Below are positions 45,337 to 59,100 of a DNA stretch of 64,000 bases, in pieces. Location: the NCBI GenBank assembly GCA_030704615.1, contig CM060733.1:7068001-7132000 (forward strand). Direction: 5' to 3'. Below the pieces are notes generated by a model. That model saw only the letters and a list, made by a program, of their open reading frames with translations, did not search any database and had not been told where the DNA came from. The stretch's first letter is position 1, and the number at the start of each line of letters is the position of its first letter. The DNA is from Takakia lepidozioides. Taxonomy: Eukaryota; Plantae; Bryophyta. The translations under genes and the position numbers were made by a program.

Positions 45337-47243
45337 TAACGAGCCCTGGTCGTGCGCAATCAGGGTGATGACATACTAGTTAGGATGGGTTGAGGTGTAT
45401 AGCGGAATGGGTTAGGCTCGAAGAATGGTGCACTCGACTGCGGTTAGTGCAGGTGATTCGTGGTTTGCTAATGGTGAAGTTAATGAAAAAAATTTAATTC
45501 TATCGATAAAGAAAAATTTAATTTTTATTTCACAAGGCGAAGTTGTATTTTTAATTTATACTTTATTTTAATGTATTTTAATCTTGCAATGGCCTTCAAG
45601 TCTTCTTTATTTATTACGCCTAAATCGCCAATGGCCTTCAAGTCTTCTTTATTTATTACGCCTAAATCGCCAAGACGCCAATAGTCGAGACACTTTTCTT
45701 GATCCTTTCACAAAGCACTTACCGAGTTTAGGGAGGAAGAGGGGAACCTCTACCCCTCTCATTCCTGGGTGGTTGAAGTCAACCCACCTCTCACACGAAA
45801 GGCCAACCTCCTTTGAGAAATCTTGGGTTTTCAATTCAAATCAAGTCTCTAGGACTATTTATCAACAATTAACAATTCAAACAAATGGCCAAAAACTAAT
45901 AAAAAATAAATAAATCATAAAAATTACCCTTGGATATAGAATCCCCTCTGGATTCAAGGGATCCTGAAATTACCTTCAGGAGCCCCAGGGAACAGCCTGA
46001 GAACTAGCCCCTCATATGGAAACTCCGGGGAATGGCTTTCAACGAGCAGGAACAGCCACAGGGAACGACCGTCTTGATTGATGACTATGGATGGATGAAA
46101 TCTGGGACACTCTGTTCATCTGTTGCTCAAAACATGCTAGGTGATATTCTAGAATACTCTAAATGGTGGGGGCGGGCTGTTTTCCCACTTGCCCTCTAAC
46201 CCCTTGACTTAAGGGTAGTGGAGACCTTTTCTAAACCCGGAATCCGTCATCCCCTACCTCTAAACTTGACACTATTTAACATTGTAGCCTAGTTTTAAGG
46301 CTAATGTACTTCTTGTCCAAAACTCTCATCCTCGTTGTCTCGGTATAAAACTCGGGAACTTCTAAACTTCTCGGGGTGAGCTCTAGCTAATTTGGATGGA
46401 AATCATCAAGAAGATTAGTCAAATGCTTTTTCATACTTGGATGGCTTGGTGGCATTTATCATCCAAACAACCCCTAGGGCAAAATTGTGCTTTTCCTCCA
46501 ATGAAATAAATAGGAAACCATTTAAATCGGTCGCCGCAAGTTTCTGCAACCTTAACCAAAAATGACAAAACTTGCTGGGAAATTATGGTTAGGTACTCCG
46601 TAAGTTCCTGCAAATCCTTAGGTCAATTGGAATTAAAAACCTTTCCCAAACACGTTCTTCGTGGATCCGTTGTATATGAAACTTGTTGCTTCCTTGGAAA
46701 ATAGTCTAATGGTGGTGCTCTTGGGAGTCTCTGACCCTGCCACTTGATCATAAAGCTCGGGAATCATCTCTAATTATCATTTGCACCGTCGGCTTGTTCA
46801 TGCTTCGCTCCGAAGTCGTTCTGACTTGCCGCTGTTCCGATGCAGTGTCCTGCGGTTGTTGCGATATCTCATCGGTATACAATCTAACTCTAAAATAGTA
46901 CTTCTCACTGTGTGGACCTACTGAAGAAGAGAAAAGATAGAAAAGGTAGATCACGACCCGTCCTCAACAGTCGCCCTCGTACGGTTTGAATAGTTCCAAG
47001 TTGTCGCTACTTATACCAAATTGGTAGCCTATCATTCTGTCTATGCAGCTTCCTACGTGGTCATATTGGTGCCATAGTTCTACTCCATGGTCGTCTCAGA
47101 CTCTATCTAAATTCCTAAGTGCTTCACCAACGGTTCCCAAATAACTAACAATTTGTCTCGTTTTGGCAGTACAATGCCGAAATTGTTTGGCTAAAGATAA
47201 AAAACGACCAGAAACTAAAAATGTACCCTTTTATGCATCTACA
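45337..47243. mobile_element. Solo LTR, 1907 bp, same family as 37313-40190
   Basis: Perfect 5-bp TSD ACCTC (45332-45336, 47244-47248) and ends TA(TG-derived)...CA. It shares CGACTGCGGTTAGTGCAGG and TTTTGGCAGTACAATGCCGAAA...TGCATCTACA with the other copy and has an internal 42-bp tandem duplication at 45587-45670. Confidence 0.88.
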
Positions 47244-47248
47244 ACCTC

Positions 47249-47880
47249 ACCCTACCATCTACCACCTAAACTCGGTCAGCCATGACCGCCTCCAACTTTC
47301 AAGACAATAAATCCTTGAGCTCTCCCATACATGACCAACCTCCAGCCTGCAGCCCAGCCCGCAATATTGTTCCATCTTTGTCCGGTATTTTTGCTAGGCA
47401 GCTCCCTCAGCTACGAGTCTCCCGCTAATTCACAAGCATCTAGCACTTGCTTATAATGGGACCTCAAAGCTATATATGCCAACCTTAATCCAAGGAGGAG
47501 TCAGCCTCCACTGCATGTGCACGTGATAGCTGTAACAGATCACAAACCGTTCTCCAAAGACAGCCCCCCCCCCCCCCTCCAGTTGTCATCATCACCCATG
47601 CCTTTGGCTAATGAACTCCTGCAAATAAGCCCCATTCCTAAAGCTGCCAAAAAAATGAGAGAACATGTGGATCATATGAGATTGGAGGCTGGAGAGGATA
47701 GACTCCACTAGACCATCAAAGAAAAGACGCAGCAAGTGTTGCGCAGATCTCCACCGCCTTCATCGACTCCTCTACACAAGCATGACTTCCATTCCATTGG
47801 AATCAAAAACCCCTCCAACCCCAATATGATCATAGACATCGCCAGCAACCACATTGTGACGAAGATTTGTCTTAAGCATA
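47249..47880 (-). mobile_element. Possible highly degenerate LINE RT C-terminal region, probably continuing at ~45030-45331
   Basis: Weak remnants such as YDHIG..VFDSNG and LFFDGLVESIL resemble the YKYLG..F.SNG / LFD.LV.PIL motifs. Confidence 0.3.
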
Positions 47881-48130
47881 ACACATTTCTTGTCAATTAC
47901 GATGGGTATGGGTAGTCGACTTATTGTCCTCGACTAAACATGGTACACCAACCCCAATGATCAGTGAATTGGAGGACTCCAGTGTTACAATAATTTTATA
48001 GCATATTAAATTAGATGTACAACCAATGGAAGTAGTGGTTATTGTCACCTTAAAATATATAATATTTATGACTAGCTATCATCATAGGAGTAAGATTACA
48101 TATTGGTTTGTTGTATTTTCTATATTAAAA

Positions 48131-50700
48131 TCAAACCACATGTTTTGTGTTATTATAACAGAACTCTGCCGCATCTAAGTGCTCCACCCAGTCTAGCTGG
48201 TCTGCCAACACATAATTCCGCAAGATCTGCTTCACCACGGAATTCACTCTTTCCGTTTGGTCGTCCGTTGTAGGTCGGAAGGCCGTGCTCATCTTGAATC
48301 TCGTCCCCATTTTCTTCCAAAGTGTTCTCCAAATTTTACTTGTAAACTTTGGATCGCAGTCCGAGACAATATCATTCGGGAGTCCATGGTGCTTGAAGAC
48401 GTGGACGAAGTAAAGTCGTCCCATCTCCTACGCCGTTGCCGTCTCTTTGGTGGAAATGAAATGGCCCATTTTACTGAACCTATCCACCACCACCATGATT
48501 GCATCGAATCTTTTTGACAGCGGCAAAGCAGTCATGAAATCCATCGAGACTTTCCCAAGACCCCTCTGGAATCGGCAAGGGTTGTAACAGCCCCGCTTGT
48601 TTTTTGTACTCACTCCGGTTTTGTTGGCATGTGGTGCATGTCTTGACATACTCCTCGGCCTCCTCTCTCAGTTTGGGCCAGAAATACTCTTTCTTCAAGA
48701 GTGCCGCGATGCGCTTGGCTCCGCCGTGGCCCGCAAGCGGGCCATTGTGGCATTGTCTCAAGAGGCTATCTCTGATCATTCCCTTTGGTACGTAGAGACG
48801 TTTTTTTTTATACTGGAGCAGTCCATTGTACAAGTAAAACTGCGATTTAACCCCCAACCTCAAGTCCTGCATCACGGATCGATAAGCCTTCCGGATCTTC
48901 CTTTGGAGCGCCGTCTCGCCCCTGTACACCAACATGAGCTGCTGCTTTCTACTTAAAGCATCGGCCACCACATTGTCTCGTCCCGGTTGGTACTGGAAAT
49001 CCACGTCGAACACTGCTAAAATGTCTTGCCATCTAAGTTGTTTTGGGGACAACTTAGGCTGTGTGGTAAAACACTTCACCGTGACATTGTCCGTGAACAC
49101 CTTCACCGGGTTGGAACCAACATAGTGGCGCCAAAGCTCAAGACAATGTACCACCGCCTTCATTTCTTTCTCGTGCGTAGGCCACCATCGCTCCACTTCA
49201 TTCAGTTTCTTACTTTCGTAAGCCACTAGATGTCCATCCTGCATGAGCACACCCCCAATTGCGAAGTCCGACTCATCTGTATGACTCTCAAATGGACGGT
49301 CGAACTCCGGGATTTTCAGGACTGGAGCTTCCACCATCCGCTGCTTCAACTCGACAAAAGCTTGGCAACAAAAGGTGTTCCATACCTATACCTTGGACTT
49401 ACACAGAAGATCTGACAGTGGCCCCGCGATCTTGGCGAAATTTCTCACATACTTTCGGTAATAGGAGGCGAGTCCTAGGAATGATCGCACTCCCGGGATA
49501 GAAGTCGGAGGCTCCCAGTCCAAGATCGCCCTCATATTTCTGTCATCCATTTTGATCCCATCCTGTGTAACCACATGCCCTAAGAACTCCACTTTTGTGA
49601 CCCCGAATTCGCACTTTGAAGCTTTGGCATACAGCTTCTCTTCCCGCAATTTCTGGAACACCTTTTTGAGGTGCCCCATGTGCTCTTCATTTGTTTTTGA
49701 GTGCACCAAGATGTCGTTGATGTACACGATCACAAAGTCATCCAACCACTTCTGGAAAATGTTGTTCATTAGCGTGCTAAAGGTCACGGGTGCGTTGGTA
49801 AGCCCAAAAAGCATCACCAAGAACTCATATGAACCATATCTTGTCATGCATGCGGTCTTCTCCTCATCTCCTTCTGCCACTCGGATTTGATGGTAAGCTG
49901 AGCGCAAATCGATCCAGCTGAAAATACTTTGCTCCTGCCAACAGATCAAAGAGGTCGTCGATCTTTGACAAATGGTACCGATTTTTTATAGTCACCTTAT
50001 TCAGAGCCCTGTAATCGACACACATCCGCAGCGTCCCATCCTTCTTGTCTGCGAATACCACCGGAGCTCCGTAAGGTGACTTACTCGGTCGGATGTACCC
50101 CTTTGACATTAGATCCTTGAGCTGGGCCTTCAGCTCGACCAACTCTTTGTGGCTCAACCGGTAGGGCGCCTTGGCAGGCAGCTCCAGTCCCGGTATCACC
50201 TCTATCTTGTGGTCAACTCCTCTTCGCGGTGGCAAACCGCTTGGTAAATCCCCTGGCATCACATCCTGGTATTTCTCCAGGATCCCCTTTATCCAATCTG
50301 GGCTAGGCTCCCTATTGACTTCTCTTTCTACTTGCTTATGTAAAGCAAAACTGGGGCTCGTGTGGCTCCTCTACTGCCCACTCCTTTGCTGTCAACAGGT
50401 TTATTCGCCCTCCCACTCGGTTGGGCGTTTCCGACACCCGTAAAACTTCGTCACCATTCCCACACGGAAGCGTGACTATTCTCTTTGCGGCCATCTATGA
50501 CCGCTCCGGATTTGCTCAAAAATGTCATCCCCAAAATGAGATCCACTCCATCGATCTCACAAATGGTGAAGTTCTCACGTCCCTCCCAACTCCCGAGCTG
50601 AAGATGAACATCGAACGCCAACCTTGTCGCCAGTTGCCCGTGCGGACACATGGAGGCCACCTGTGCCTAGTGAAGGGTGGCAGCAGGTCCCCCATCATTT
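48131..50700 (-). mobile_element. Ty3/gypsy (Tf2-like) pol: protease, RT, RNase H, integrase; frameshifted
   Basis: DLILGMTFL (protease); [40 protein letters not shown] and VYINDIL (RT); TDESDFAIGGVL and DNVVADALSR (RNase H); H-H-C-C zinc finger, SMDFMT, VVDRFSKM and DQTERVN (integrase). The order is PR-RT-RH-IN. Confidence 0.95.
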
Positions 50701-51600
50701 CATCATGAACGCTGACGTTGCCCCTTTTTTGTTGCCGGAACTGTCTACCGGCTCAGGCAATACTTGGCCTGAGCTGGGATTCAAGTAGGAATTCACATAA
50801 ATTGAAATCTATGCCTGTACATTGGTTAGAATGATGAAATTCTTTTTGGAGGTAGTAAAAAATCATTCAAGGAACAATTTGACCAGAGCAATTTATGGTT
50901 CCAATGGAAATTTGGACACACTAAGGCTGAATTATAGGTCAATTATACTTTATGGTGTTTTTTACCCCCTTATTTTTCCATACAAATCGACCCTTCTGAG
51001 ACTTTGGAATTCAGCTCTGAAATTTGGGGCAACATGGTTTAGGTGCCTCATAATCAGAATGTGGGTAGGGTGTATCAATGAAAAATCATTTTGGTAGCAA
51101 AATTTCTTGGTCACACCATTTTTTCACTCTCAAGTTGGAGTACACTACACATTTTAGGCTGGGAATTTTGTTATAATCTTCCTAATGACACGGTCAAATG
51201 ACCTGAAATTTTTACAGCAGGTGGATGAAGGAGGTAGCCTGCCTTTCATACAGTTCATCCCTGTGGATGTTTGTTTGATGAGAGATATACCCTCATCCGT
51301 GAGGGTATGTTCCGTTTTCGAGTGGGTCCCCCCAAAACAGGCTCGTCCATTAAGGGTTACACCTATGTTTATCTCCCTGGAGGTAATTTCAATAGTTGTG
51401 AAGACTTCTGAGCCCCTTTCTATATAGAAGCAGGGCATGCTGACTAAACTTGTCGGCATGACTTGCTCAAGGTATTTTATGATATTTCTATTTTAAACCT
51501 ATGTTTATCTCCCTGGAGGTAATTTCAATAGTTGTACATTATTACCTCCAAATGTATTGTTTACAGATGACGTTGATATCGAGAAGTTGCAGCTACAAAC

Positions 51601-52265
51601 CAGTGTTGGACCGGTATCATAAACATTTCATACCAGCCAAGGTCTGGTATATTTGTCGGTGAAGAGGCCTAGGTAATGGTATCAAAGTAGATATTAAACT
51701 TTTAATGTACCAGTATGTACATTGTTTTTGTTTGGCCTAATATGGTATGGTATCAATATTGCAAATTTCAAATCTTATATTGGGGTATATCAATACTGGT
51801 ATCAATATAGCTCGATGGTCCATGGCAGGTATAATTTGGACAGATTTATTTATTTATTTATTTATTTAAAAGCTGAATGCCGCACTTCAGGTGCTGAAGT
51901 GGTGCCTTTATTTATAATAACAAGGAGGTACAGAGATGGTAAGGAAAAAATAACCTTACAAACGCCATACAGGTTGATAAATGAGACACTGCTCTGAGCC
52001 TAAGCATATTTTTGAATGGCAAAATCAGAGCACTCCACGTATTGATACCTAGGGCGCAAGTGATGGCGGAAGACATAGTACTGGTATCGACAAAGCTGCG
52101 TTCCTTGCGATACCAGGCTGGTCTGGTAGGAGCCCACGTATTAGTGTTTTACTATATTCTACCCGGGGTACTGTCAGTTGCTTATACCCGCTTGGTCTGG
52201 TACCCTGCTGCAATACCCTTACCCGTGTTGATACCCCGCCTCGCCCCTATACCGGTCCAATACTG
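51601..52265. mobile_element. hAT-type MITE related to 28345-28841, containing a LINE 3' fragment
   Basis: TIRs CAGTGTTGGACCGGTAT / ATACCGGTCCAATACTG and TGGTAT/ATACC repeats. No matching TSD. Confidence 0.7.
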
Positions 52266-55200
52266 GTGTTGACCTCTTTGGAGTTTAATGGCCATATGTG
52301 AGAAAATGGATTGTGGGAGTAGCTCCTAAATAACTTAACGAACTTCATTACCCACAGTTGCTCTGTATCTATTGTTGCAAATAACTTTCATGACTGTTGT
52401 TGTCAAGTCCCAGATATTCATACAACATGCTTCAATAAACTCAGCTGGATGGAGTGTCCATGGTTGAATTGAGTTCCTCCTCGACAATCAATGGGTTTTA
52501 AGGATCAAAATTTTGGCTGGCTCGACCAAGGCTGTTCCACTTCTTTTTTTTTATACATGGAACTTGTGTCTTCACATGGCAAGAAGCTGACCTATGTCTT
52601 ATGTTTGGCTATTGAACAATGCCTCTGGAGTGTATCATGGATTACTTGAATTCTCTCATGATGTAATCTGATCAATTGGAATAATGATCAGCTATGCTAA
52701 CCATGTGGTTTGATGACCTAATACCAGGGTTTTTCTACACTAGGCTCTGAGGTTCACCTGAAGCTGTCATACATCCTTGTATGTTTATTCTATGCGATCC
52801 CTTCTGAATCTTCAATTATAAAGAATATTTTTCGTAGAATATGCTTGTGTTTTTATCCCTCACTATGTCTAAGGGGAGCACATCAATCTTTCCCGCATAG
52901 TATAAATCCGTGTTGGCTGGGTATTGATTTCAGGGCCGGTCACTTCTCAACGATGGTATTTTCAACTAGGTTCCTAAGAACCTAACTGATCTGAAATTTG
53001 CCTTATATTTGGATCCGGCAGGTATAGGTTTGGGTAAGAACTAAGATCCTTGCGAGGTAGAGAACAGACGGGTTGCTTGAATCCTGAGTTTGATGTTGAG
53101 GTTACCAGCCTGCAAAAAGAGGTTTTGGAGCATCCCCACCCTACACTTCCCAAGTCAGAGAGCGCGTGTCAGCAATTTAGCAGCGACCACGCTGCCTCTT
53201 GCCAATGGGAACGCTAGAGGGGAATGGGCAAGCTGAGCTGCGCGGGGGATAGCGTTGGCGATTCAAGGCCAGGGTGTGCGCAAGTCGGACCCTAGTACAT
53301 ATACTATATCAGTCGGGAAGAAAATCTATCCATTTTTTTGGCTTCATGCCACTCTTTTGCATTTCATCGTCATCCTTGTAAACTTTCCATCCAAACCACT
53401 AGAATGGTGTGGAGCAGGGTGATAATCTCTCTCTGGCTATAGCAAGCATACCATGTATGCACTCAGCATGGTACTGGGATGTTAATTGGATTTTTAAACT
53501 GTGCAGATTCCAAATGTGAAATGGCAAATGATATATTGCGGAGGGCAGTAAATCTATGGACCTATGCAGCACATAATCTGGGAGGTGAGCTGTAGATGGC
53601 ATGTTTCTTTGCTCATTGTTGATGTAGCTTAGGAGATCTTTGTGCATATGTGCGGAAACATTGTGTAAAAAGGTTATCAAAATAGTAGGGGCCTGTATTT
53701 TGGTACCGCCATCAAATTGTTTTGCCTTAAAAATAAGTCACGGGCATAATCCTCATTGGGCGGGCGGCAATGATTGAATCCTAGTACCTTTGTAACAATC
53801 AAAACGTTTTGATATTAATTGTTTGATGCAATGAATAAGTATGAGAATAATTGTTTAAAAAAAAAATAACTATTGAAAGATTCTTCTTTAGAAAAGTGGA
53901 GTGTAAAACTGGATTGCAAGTAATGTAGGTAACTTGAAAAGTGTGGAACAACAACCGCCTCTTATTGGCAATTTTCCTTCGTCCTCTTGTGAATTCTATC
54001 ATTGGTCTTGCTCCAAAACTTGTGGATGAGACTTCCCCCTCTACCAAGCCACAACCACATCAATGACTTTTGTGTTGCATTTCATAGAAACTAGGGTCGA
54101 TGGGATAGCAATACCCAACTGGATGATATTGATAAGATTTGTGGTTAAGGTTCATGTGAAGTTCTAGTAACGACTGACGAGCAGTAATGGGCATCATGTC
54201 ATTGCCACTCCATCGTCATCACCTCGTCGTCCTCATTTTTTTTTCAAGCTGCCCAAATTACCCTTTAATTTTATTTTTTATTTTATTTTTAAAAAACATA
54301 CTAGATCTGTAACTTCCTAAATTGTCGCACCTGTACTAGAACTGTCACAAGTCGTAACTACCCAGTCTTTTCTTTTTTCTCTTCTCATTGCAAAGGCTCT
54401 TTCTTATTCTATAACTCTACAACTATTTGTAGATGGAGATATAACAATCATAGGACGATATACTTGATTGACCAGTACTTGACTGATGGTTTCATTTACC
54501 ACAATACATGCTTGAGATTGAGCATTGCAAAGGCACTCTCAAGGTTTGGCGGCTCTCAGTTTCTTATTTCTTTCACTCTTGTATTTAGTTTTTGCAATCA
54601 CATGCTGACTTCATGTGATGGATTATGAGATGCAAATGCAATTGTATCATTGCATGAACTACTAGGTCATTGCACGTTCATCACAAGGTGGTTCATTTCT
54701 CTCTTATTGTTCTGTACAATCGCATGGCTGACATTCATTATTTGTAGATGATCACAACTGATCATGTGCGGAGTCCCTCTAGATTGGTCTCGCATTCTTT
54801 AGCTGTTATTTAATGAAAATTATAAAGCATGAATTGCTTTATTGCAAATTTCATGTCCATGGAAATTACATGATTATTATTATTATTTCCCGTGGAATGG
54901 AGATGTTAACGACACTCAAGGAGTTTTTCTCTTTCTCTAGTTTCAATTTGTTGGATGGATCATTGCACTCCGGTAATTATGACTGCCAAACCGTGGTAGT
55001 CATGGTTTTCTTGACTTTGATCATGACTGCACCATGTTTTTGACGTTTTTTTGTGCATCAATAAGACGATAGTTTTAGTTATCTTTTCCCATACACGAAA
55101 AAATCAGAAAGTCGAATGGTGACGTTTGTGAAATCATTGGACACGTCCACCATTTGAAATTTAGATTAATTGAATCACCCGTTACAAGCCTCAAGATTAA

Positions 55201-56171
55201 GAGAATGAATCATAGTACTAACATTATCTTTTCAATCTACTTATACAAAAGTCAAAACAAGGCATAATCCTTAATATGTCTTCTGGTGTAGAGAAATAGC
55301 TAGCCTGGACACACAACCACTTGAATTTTTTATTGCTTCAACAAGATGATGACCTATTGTCTGCAATTATCACATCGATACTGCAGCTCGCTCACAGATT
55401 TGAAGGGACAAAACCTATGCATTTGAGATCTCCATGTTCTGAAAGCATCCTTCAATTTGAATTTATAAGTACAAAATTTCTGGTAAATTTTGTAGCATCT
55501 GATTATATTTGTCTATTGGTCATTAAGCATATGGGTAGATTCTATGACTCTACACATGGAAAAAATAAAGTGTAAAAGATCAATGAGCAGGTATTTAGAA
55601 ATCAATTTTGGCTTAAGTGCAATGGATTGCAACATGCATTCGACAAAATTGCCAGCACCTTTGGGTCAAAACATAATTGAGCCAGACAATGTGTTTATCC
55701 TAGATTCGTGGATTCGAACTTGACATGACAACCATCATGGAATAACACATCAAAGAAGCAATTGGGCAGCATTCAAATATAGGCCATTTCCTTGTGGCCT
55801 TCCCGCTATATATTTTTGTATGCATCGACTCTCTCGCCAGATTTGTAGGGGACTCAATCAATAATGAGTTCCAAAGCATTTTATAAGGTGTCTTCATAAT
55901 CCAGCTCGCGGCTACCAAGATCTTTTTGAGAGCTTTAAAACTTTCTTTGTGTCGTTTTGTGGATGCCATAAGGCTCCTCTAATGGTTTCGTAAATCTTTC
56001 TTTGTAATGTAGTCGTTGAATCTTTCCGTTTCTCGTGGCCCAGTGGTTGTTCCTGCAGGACTAGCTTTGTAGATCGCTTGGAGCATTGAAGCTATATATA
56101 TTATGTTCTATTGACACTCAGGCTGATTAGTTTTTATGAGCTCCACTCGGTTGTGATTATTTTCAAGAAAA

Positions 56172-59100
56172 ATGGCTGGTATCTTTAAGGAACTTCTCGA
56201 CGATGATGTATTTAAATATTATGTGGATGGGGAATGGAAGGTTTCAAAGTCGAACAGATCTGTGGAGATTATCAACCCTTCTACTCTCAAGACCCAGTAT
56301 AAAGTACAAGGTCTGGTCTCCTTGGATGCAAGCTTATATATCACTTTTGACACAACGTCTTATGTAGTGTGTATGTAAGATAATATTTAGATCTATAAAC
56401 ATGTTGACGAAGACAAAAAGAACTTCTTGATGAGGTTTTAGCTCAAGTACATGTCACTCTCTAGGCCCTAGGGCTACATGTGATGGAAGTACTAGAGCAC
56501 TTGGTGACCAAAAACAACCTTTGGTTACATTTTTTGCCTTATGTAATAAGTGTTATGAACATTTTACATTTCTACTTTAGAAAATAGTTGGCATATGAGC
56601 AGGAAGGTTGTTTAGATAATCTTCGGAGTGATTGTATGTATCTGCCAATTTAAACTGTATGTGTCAAAACCTGGATGATGGATATTGATTAAACCGCATT
56701 CAACCGATAATTCACATATATGAATATATGTGTTTCTCTAAAATATTCAACTATCTATCTGCAGCTTGCACCCAGGATGAAGTAAATAGATGTGTGGATA
56801 GTGCAAAAGCTGCACAAAAACTTTGGGCTAAGACTCCTTTGTGGAAGAGAGCCGAAGCACTTCACAGAGCTGCGGCAATTCTAAAAGACCAAAAGGCTCC
56901 TATTGCAGATTGTCTGGTCAAAGAAGTCGCAAAGTGTCTAAAAGATGCAATAACTGAGGTAATATATGCTATTCAACATTCTCTTGCTATGAAATATGTA
57001 GGATCATCATTTGACCCAACATATTTTCTTAAAAATATACTATGATTTAACGACCCACAGGCAAGGAATAATTAGTCATTGAATTTTACCACAATTTTTG
57101 TTGATTACCACTATAATCAAACTTAGAGTTGTCATGGTCTGCTAATACGAGAGCTATAAATTATCTGTGCCATATGAACAGGTGGTACGGTCGGGTGATC
57201 TTATATCTTATACAGCAGAGCAAGGAATCAGAATTCTATCAGAAGGAAAGTTCTTGGTTCCCGACTGCTTTCCAGGAAATGAGAGAAACAAGTTATGTTT
57301 TGCATCCAAGGTAAGAATACGAAATTGATAAATAATCTTTTGTATCCTGCTTGGACCACATCACTTTCTAAAGTTGTTATATACATGTACATTTGTTGAC
57401 TATGGTCGTAGGATAGATGTGGGGGGATTTTGCTTTGCACACGTGTACTTCATTCAACAAAATCAAGTTATATGTATCAAGATTTTCATCTTGAATTGTG
57501 TCTCTAGATTCCGTTGGGAGTGGTTCTGGCGATTCCTCCATTCAACTACCCCGTTAATCTGGCTGTGTCCAAAATTGGTCCAGCACTTATTGCAGGAAAT
57601 GCAGTCGTTCTCAAGCCTCCGACTCAGGTATTCTATACTCTATATCTCATGTATACTCTAGTGCTAACCTACTTGAGTTTGAACATTCATTGAATTAAGA
57701 GGTTACCTTCTTTTGGTGTATTGTTGAGAGTGATAATGCATACATGTTTCAAATGATAGTCATTGACAAGCTAGAATTGAACTTTAAATTATAATTAAAG
57801 AGAAAATCCATGAAATTATTGTTGCACAACTATCTTATATTTGCTAGTAGACTTCGTACCAAGACAAGGTTATTGACATTTCATAACATCAGTGTGGAGC
57901 TAGATGACCATTATGGGAAAAACATATGAATGGTTTATGTTGTTAAATATAATATCGTATTGGAAACAATTAGTACATTAGGAATTGAACAATCAACGGG
58001 GAGTCTTCTCTTGGTTCTTGGAACAATTCATTATTAGTCCAGAATCCATACTCTTTATTTATTCGCAAGCAATGATTCGACTATCGCTTGAATAATACTT
58101 TTGAGTGTTCCCTCATTTCTGGTGCAGGGGGCTGTGTCTTGCTTGCATACAGTACATTGTTTCCATATGGCAGGGTTTCCAAAGGGATTGATTTCTGCAA
58201 TAACTGGCAAGGGCTCTGAGATTGGCGACCTTCTCACCATGCATCCCGGCATAAATTGCATAAGGTGTACTGACACTTGATTCCTAAGCTTGGCCCATTT
58301 TCTTCTAAGTCTAACTTACAAACCCCATATGCACGTTAATGGCTTGTCCAGTCCACTGCTGAAATATATTAAATATATTTGGAGAGACAAACACTATTAT
58401 TCAATTTAGTGATTTGTGGATGAGCCTCGTTCTCTGAGTTTGTGATGAGCATCAAAAGCTTTAAATCCGTACTTGAATATGAAAAAATGTGAAACAGTTT
58501 CACAGGTGGGGACACGGGGATAGCAATATCAAAAAAAGCAGGGATGATTCCGCTGCAAATGGAGTTGGGGGGCAAGGATGCGTGTATTGTGCTGGAGGAT
58601 GCCGATCTTGAACTTGCGGCCAACAATGTTATCAAGGGTGGATACTCCTTCAGGTATTCTATACATGCTGCTTTTGCTCTTCATTTTTCAATAAGTTAAA
58701 GGCGTCACTCAATACCTTGTAGGCAATATGAATATCTTAATTTGCTTAGTTATCAAAGTCGTTTCAAATTTATCGTTAAGATGGAATATTGTTACTTAGG
58801 TCGATTTCACGGTTCGATACATATGAAATCTCAATTCTCCACGTGCATGTCACTAGCTAGTAGCCTAGACCTCCATGTTAAATTATCACAATTTATTATC
58901 TCCATATTGACATGTATGCTCTTGGAAATGCAGTTTGAATTTCCTCTCCAATCAAAGGCCACGTCAATATTGTGATCTAAACTTTCATGCATGGATGCCT
59001 ACGCAGTGGTCAACGATGTACAGCTATTAAGGTAATTTGTGTGATGGAGAAAGTTGCGGATACATTGGTGGAGAAAATTAACGCAAAGATTGCTAAGCTC

